NCBI GenBank assembly: GCA_964016885.1
Contig: OZ024743.1
Coordinates: 6,634,001-6,698,000, forward strand
Length of the DNA: 64,000 nucleotides
DNA from: Eledone cirrhosa
Lineage: Eukaryota
Direction: 5' to 3'
A model generated the notes under the pieces. It was given only the letters and a program-made list of their open reading frames with translations, was not told the origin of the DNA and made no database searches. The translations under genes and the position numbers were made by a program. Within the stretch, counting starts at the first letter, position 1. Every line of letters begins with the position of its first letter. Below, piece by piece: positions 56,256 through 64,000 of this stretch.

Positions 56256-56907
56256 TTATTCCGGGTTGAATCGGAGGTAAAAACAGTAAGTAAGGTACTC
56301 AATACATAGCAGAGTATAAAATGTTTAATATAGAAGAGCTTCTACAGAACTAGAACTGTTTCATTCGTGAGAAATCATCAGGAAGCTGACTGTCCAAGTA
56401 AATATGGTGGTATTTATATATTTTCTGGTGGTAGGAGAGGGTGGAGAATGGGATTGGTGGAGGTCATTGGTTGAAAGAAAAGGGAATTCTTTAAAAGCTA
56501 TTTCTTTAAAGCTATAATTTATATTTAAAGTGACAAAGGCAGAAATAATTCTATAAACAAGTTCAAATTGGAGTGCCACTCCTTATTTTTAAGTTTCTCT
56601 TAGGCTAACAATGCCTATATTTCAGGTGTCTATAAGATGGTTGGAGGTCAGTCATGGTTGATGGGTTTAAAGAAAGGGGAATTCTTTAAAAGCTAATTCT
56701 TTAAAGCTTTACTTAGAGTGACAAAGGCAGAAAGAATTCTATAAACAAGTTCAAATTTGGGGTGCCTCTCCTTATTGTCAAGTTTCTCTTAAGCTATATT
56801 TCGAATGAAACAGTTCTAGTCCTGTAGAAGCTTTTCTATATTAAAACTTTTATACTCTGCTATGTATTGAGTACCTTACTTACTGTGGTTACCTCGGAAT
56901 AACTTAT
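56252..56907. mobile_element. HHR-bearing pLTR fold-back (long arm 56252-56800 minus, short arm 56802-56907 plus); further plus copy at 58487-58775
   Basis: Inverted matches; internal tandem duplication in the long arm. Confidence 0.8.
56337..56387 (-). ncRNA. Canonical type I hammerhead ribozyme; copy at 58708-58758(+) has CUGGUGA
   Basis: agcuuc-CUGAUGA-uuuc ucac gaau-GAAAC-ag uucuaguu cu-GUA-gaagcu. Confidence 0.85.
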
Positions 56908-56951
56908 CTTTTAGCACTCTTAGTGCCCCTTATAACCATCACCAAGAAACT

Positions 56952-58400
56952 ATGCTGACCAAACTTGACCTCGATGTCTCCATGAAGAACATCTCCATCC
57001 CCCCAAGGAAACTTTACCTAAAAACACTCATCAGACATACCGACGAGTTCATCAAGCGAATTAGATGGAGAGCCTTCTTCCTCGACAACCCTGATGTAGC
57101 ATCTACCAATGATGAGAAGCTTGGTTTCAAAACGAATAAGGCACCACCCACCAACAGCCTACTTGAACCATTTGAGGAAGACCTCTTCAAGATGATCAAA
57201 GATATCAAATTTCGAGGAGACAACACACCATTCCAGGCCTACTTAAATACTGAATTGCGGAATATAAAAAATTCCCCCAATCTCCATGCCTCCTCCGATA
57301 AAACCAAAAACGTTTATGAGGTAGACCCACAGATCTATAATAAGCTGGAAAAAAATGCTATCATGACCACCTACAAAAAGGTAAATGAGATGGCATTGAC
57401 TGAGACAAATGCGACCGGAAAAGAAATCGCCAAGTCCCTTAAAATACACGACCGAACCTTTAAGGGTAAAGACCCCGCACTTTACCCTGAAGGACCACAA
57501 GGGAAACTTCCTCAACAAACCATCAGTCAGACTTATCAACCCCACACGTTCGGACATCGGCTCTATCAGCAAAAAGATCCTCGATAGAGTTCTACCATCA
57601 TTGCGGGCTGCCTCACCACTCCAACTCTGGAGCAGAACATCTGGGGCAATATCTTGGTTCCAAGAATTTCCCGACAAACGCCACACTCGCTTCCTGCAAC
57701 TCGACATAGAAAACTACTATGCTTCTATCTCAGAGCCCCTCCTGAAGGACGCACTTACTTTTGCCAGGAATTTTACCACCATAACCGATGCTGAGCAAGA
57801 TGTTATCCTCCATGCCCATAAGACCTTCCTACACCACGAGGGATCTTACTGGATCAATAAGAAGTCTCAGACCCCCTTTGACGTCAGCATGGGAGCGAGT
57901 GACTCGGCTGAAATAAGCGACCTCGTGGGCCTGTATATTTTACATCACCTGAAGAACCTCTTTACTGGCCTCACCGGAGGTTTATATCGAGACGACGGCC
58001 TCTTCGCCCTGCACAAGGTTAACCCAGAACCACTGATGGGTTTCGGAGAAACTTAAGCTCGTTCTTCCGTAATCTAGGATTTAGTATAACTATAGATTCT
58101 AATATGACTAGGGCCAACTTTTTAGATGTCAGTCTCGACCTAGATACTTCTCTCTCCCTCTATTACCCGTACCACAAACCTAACGAGTCCCTTAGATATA
58201 TTAATGTTAATTCTAACCACCCCAAAAACATCACTGATAACTTAGAAAAAGCGTCTCAATTAGAATCTCCGGCCTCCGTCGAAACGGCTTGAGCTCTGCC
58301 GTCAGGGTCATACTTTTTCCTATTTCCCACTCTACTACCCTAAGTATTGAGTACTCTGGTGCGTGATGGTCCATCTGGTTCCTTACCGCAATTCCTTTGT
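56952..58400 (+). pseudogene. Naiad-like PLE with intact N-terminus, frameshifted RT and deleted endonuclease, joined to a pLTR end (58278-58400)
   Basis: SMKNI, IRWRAFF, SDKT, LKDHK, RLINP, LDIENYY, MGA, GLYRDD, NFLD. Confidence 0.85.
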
Positions 58401-59171
58401 TATATATATATATATATATAGGTGTCAGGTGTCAGGTGTCTACAAGCACATTCACAGACACATACACAGATATATATGTAGACACCTGAAATATAGCTTA
58501 AGAGAAACTTGACAATAAGGAGAGGCACCCAAAATTTTAACTTGTTTATAGAATTCTTTCTGCCTTTGTCATTCTAAGTAAAGCTTTAAAGAATTAGCTT
58601 TTAAAGAATTTCCTTTTATTTCAACCAATGACCTCCACCCATCCCATTCCCCACCCTCTCCTACCATCAGAAAAGATATAAATACCACCATATTTACTTG
58701 GACAGTCAGCTTCCTGGTGATTTCTCATGAATGAAACAGTTCTAGTCCTGTAGAAGCTCTTCTATATTAAAACTATATATATATATATATATATTAGAAA
58801 GTGAGGGTTTTTTACAAAATGAAAAATAACCGGGGTGTCCTACACGAGTGAAAGTATAAAGAAAAAAAGATGAAATCGAAAATGCAACTGGAGTCTTATT
58901 TTTAAAAAATATATATATATTTATTTGGTTCCTTTACCGGTTTCACAGTTCTTCTGCTTTTCAAAAGTAGAGTTGAGATGGGGGGTCTGTGGTTTTTCTC
59001 ACATCTGGTTGGTCTCTGAATGTTACTTGTTTTATATGGAAAAAGTGGCTCGAAATGCTCGAGAAGTAATTTGATTGGTTGGTCAATAATTATAATAAAT
59101 TTCGCGCCAGTTCGCGTTACAAAGTTCTTCAAACAAGGGCGGGGGGTCACAGATTGTTTTTTCATATATGA

Positions 59172-60145
<974 letters not shown>

Positions 60146-60348
60146 TATATATATAGACATATATATATATTTAATACATTAACAGAGAAAGCTTTAAGCT
60201 ATACTCTGACTGGCTTCCATCTCACTCAACAAACATTAGGATATACCTTAGTATAATCCCAATTTTACGTTTGGGGTGCTAACTATATGTATTTTGCGGA
60301 TAGCCAGTTGTATTATTTTATATGAGACATAATTAAAATACATCTTCC

Positions 60349-60472
60349 TTTCCAAACAATTGTTTCATTATAAGTTTTCTACAAGTTGGGAAAAATGTGT
60401 CCAGGTTATGTAGAAGCCTGCACATAGTCCGTAGGAATATATGCAGGTGGGCACTTATAAATCATCAGTGGA
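60349..60472 (-). ncRNA. Long-stem-II hammerhead, paralog of 4789-4912
   Basis: ucca-CUGAUGA-uuuauaag[..]cuuauaau-GAAAC-aauu-GUU-ugga. Confidence 0.8.
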
Positions 60473-60910
60473 TGCCCGTCAAACATCGATATAAAAAAAG
60501 CTTTCTTACCGATATCCAATCCAATGTTAGCGATGGTCCCTCTCCGTATCAGAATGACCACCAAATTTGAAATTCCAGCAGTCTTAGAATGAGAAATTTC
60601 ACACTGTCATCAAGCGGAAAGGGGAGGTCATCGCGAAACATAAGAAAGTAAAATAATATGCACGCGGGTCAATTAATTTTTTCAATAATTTTAACCTTGC
60701 ATGTGAAGAACTCAATTAGATTTTTTAAAAAGAAATATATGCATGCATTATTTATACACGCATATAGGTATTTTCTTAGGCTAAAAACAGAGATATGATA
60801 CCAGAATAACAATCAATATTTCATAGTAGTAATAAATACGGAAAGTTACACTTAAAAGGTATCTGGAAATATTCATCTCTGACCAAATCAAGAGTATAAT
60901 ATTTAATATA

Positions 60911-60966
<56 letters not shown>

Positions 60967-60986
60967 CATACATATATATATGTAAA

Positions 60987-61049
<63 letters not shown>

Positions 61050-61583
61050 TATATATATATATATATTCACTCACACATAAGAGTCCAAAACCACACACCA
61101 CACGGTATACGCCTAACACACGTAAACTTTGACACTTTACACTATAAACCTTTAAATAAACCTTTTAAAAATCATACACATAATATCGACACTGTTACAC
61201 ACATTTCGCTTTGCGTTCCAATATCGTTACCAAGATTACCTAACGGTGAGGGTTGGACGCCATGCTTTGCAGCAACGAGTTACAGCCCTTTATGGTATGA
61301 GTTCATATCCCGCCGAGGTTAACTTTGCCTTTCATCCTTACGGGGTCGATAAAATAAAGTACCAGTAATACACTGGAATAATTGCTGGCCTTGTGCCAAA
61401 AGTAGAAACAATTATTTTGGGTTTTTTTACTTGGACTACCTTTTATTTTCTGTGATCTTGTCTTTACTTTTGTACTCCTGAAGAAGGGCTAAAGCCCGAT
61501 AAGTCGAACTTTATTCCCCCTTTTCCATATAAAGCGTGAAACTAATGTCTTTTTGTACCTTTGTTTTGTCGTTTCCTTGAATT

Positions 61584-61701
<118 letters not shown>

Positions 61702-61849
61702 AAAATCCTGACTGCGGCGCCAAGTGGCTTCGGCTGATGTCTTCAACAAGCCAGTTCAAGGATTTTACCTATCTCTACACCCACTCTGAATCTCCCCATG
61801 CATTGAGTACTTCTATGATTAGTGATCTCCCCACTTTCAGCACCACAAA

Positions 61850-61923
<74 letters not shown>

Positions 61924-62685
61924 ATTCTATTGACTGATTAATCGCTTAAGTTTATTTTAAAAACAACTCGGTAGAGAGCTTAATTCGTTTTGTGCGGTTT
62001 TCGCAAATGTTTGCAATAACTACACATGCTGAATTCACTGGCCAAAATAGGGGTTTTCTCTCCTTAGAATATCGCATGTGCTTTCATAACCTGCGAGATT
62101 CTGGCGCAAGAAAAACAAAAACCCGTTGAGAAAGCGATGCCTTGTTCGATCATTATACCAAAAGCTTATTTTTTATAATCAGACAGTATTATTGATTTAG
62201 GTGTTGATTGAGGGCAGTGGATTGGCAGTATCGGTAAAGGGTCGGACGCCATGCTTTGACGCATAATTACGGCCCTTGCCATTCTGAGTTCAAATCCCGC
62301 CGAGGTTAACTTTGCCTTTCATCCTTACGGGGTCGATAAAATAAAATACCAGTAATGTACTGGGATAATTGCTGGCCTTGTGCCAAAAGTAGAAACAATT
62401 ATTGATTTAGGTGTTGCAGAAACCCAATTTCGGAGTATTCCATCTTCCCCGAGGGTCCGGGTAACTATTTCAATCATATCTTATTTTGTTTGACCCGTTT
62501 AGCTTGTTCGCTTTTATGGTTATGGTGGTTAATGGCTTCTTAACCATCGTCTCAGCGTGTATGACCATTTTAACTTATGTTTATAGCTCTGGTATCTTCT
62601 TCTTCATATCCATGGAGCGCTTGTCTGCACAATATGGAAATTGCGTTTCGCTAATTTATACCCGCCGAAATGCGATTCTCGCTAA

Positions 62686-62747
<62 letters not shown>

Positions 62748-62998
62748 TAAAAGATGTCTATAGAATCACAAGATAAAATATATACCATTTCCTCGCCCAA
62801 TAAGCATAATTAACTATATAAAAAATCGAATAGACCAGGCTATAAGAATGAGGCTTCTATGAAGAAATCTCCAACAAATAACCGAAACTAGCCCTTCGCG
62901 TCGGCCGCAATGGAATATTTATCGAATATTTCGACAGCGTAATCGCCCAGATACAGTCAACAGAATTATGTGTAAAATAAACTAGGAGAAAATAGAAT

Positions 62999-63083
<85 letters not shown>

Positions 63084-63346
63084 GTGTGTGAGTGTGTGTG
63101 TTCTGTAAGAGCACTCGATGCTCTTACAGAGCAGAGTATAATATCACATAAGAAATTCTTCGAAGCACAGTTTCCAAAATTGGAAACTCTGCTTCGAAGA
63201 TTCGAGACGTATCTGAGTATCTTGCTATTTCAGAGTCAGGTTCGATCATTCCATCGATCGTGCCTCGAGCTGGTCGCCAGAGAAACGATTGTAATATGTC
63301 TAATAAATTTTATTCGTCGCACCACTGATTCTCCGTTTCTTATATG

Positions 63347-63377
<31 letters not shown>

Positions 63378-63378
63378 C

Positions 63379-63528
<150 letters not shown>

Positions 63529-64000
63529 ACGTTGCGATTACAAACAAGAGGGAAAAGTTTTCAAAAATAAAGTAGGGAAAGTTATGTTTATTATATTCCT
63601 AAGATTACTCTTAGGAAATATTTATTTACGAAGTGATTTGTGATGTTTTAGAACGATTGGATGGGTGTACTAGTTAATAATAAGGGATAATCATGAGGAG
63701 AGGATTCGGTCAATCATTGCAAGCTTTGATTTCAGCAGAAGTTAATACGTCTGATGTCAAAACCGGCAAACTGAGTTGTCTGTGGTTATTGTGTAATCCG
63801 CTGCATCAATTTTTGTAATGTTCCCATGTTACTAATCTATTTACAATAGTAAAAATGTGACAAACCACTCTAATTATTTTTTTCGTGTATAGTAGATGCA
63901 GTGCAAAATGTTGTATTTTCAGGAAATCACTGTTTAGGGAAACATTAAATGTGTTCTGACTATCGTCTGTTATCTTCAGTGTGAATATATTCTTTAAATG

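Overview
AT-rich, microsatellite-laden eukaryotic DNA. An octopod cephalopod is inferred from the SINE, RTE, Dong-R4 and Penelope mix. I found no confidently identifiable host gene. The window is a dense nest of retroelements: at least four Penelope-like elements (PLEs; three Naiad-like, one Neptune/Nematis-like), RTE, CRE, R4/Dong and CR1/Jockey-type LINEs, a Gypsy LTR element with a 5-bp TSD, and many tRNA-derived SINEs. Two patterns stand out. (1) About 20 hammerhead-ribozyme (HHR) motifs from about 10 unrelated families, including minimal, long-stem-II, tandem retrozyme-like and U3-A8 core-variant forms. (2) A recurrent head-to-head fold-back architecture: two 5'-truncated copies of the same element joined at their 5' ends, with both 3' ends running outward, usually into (TA)n. 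It occurs about 10 times, from ~115 bp to 6.6 kb. All folds and alignments were done by eye, and coordinates are approximate to a few bases.
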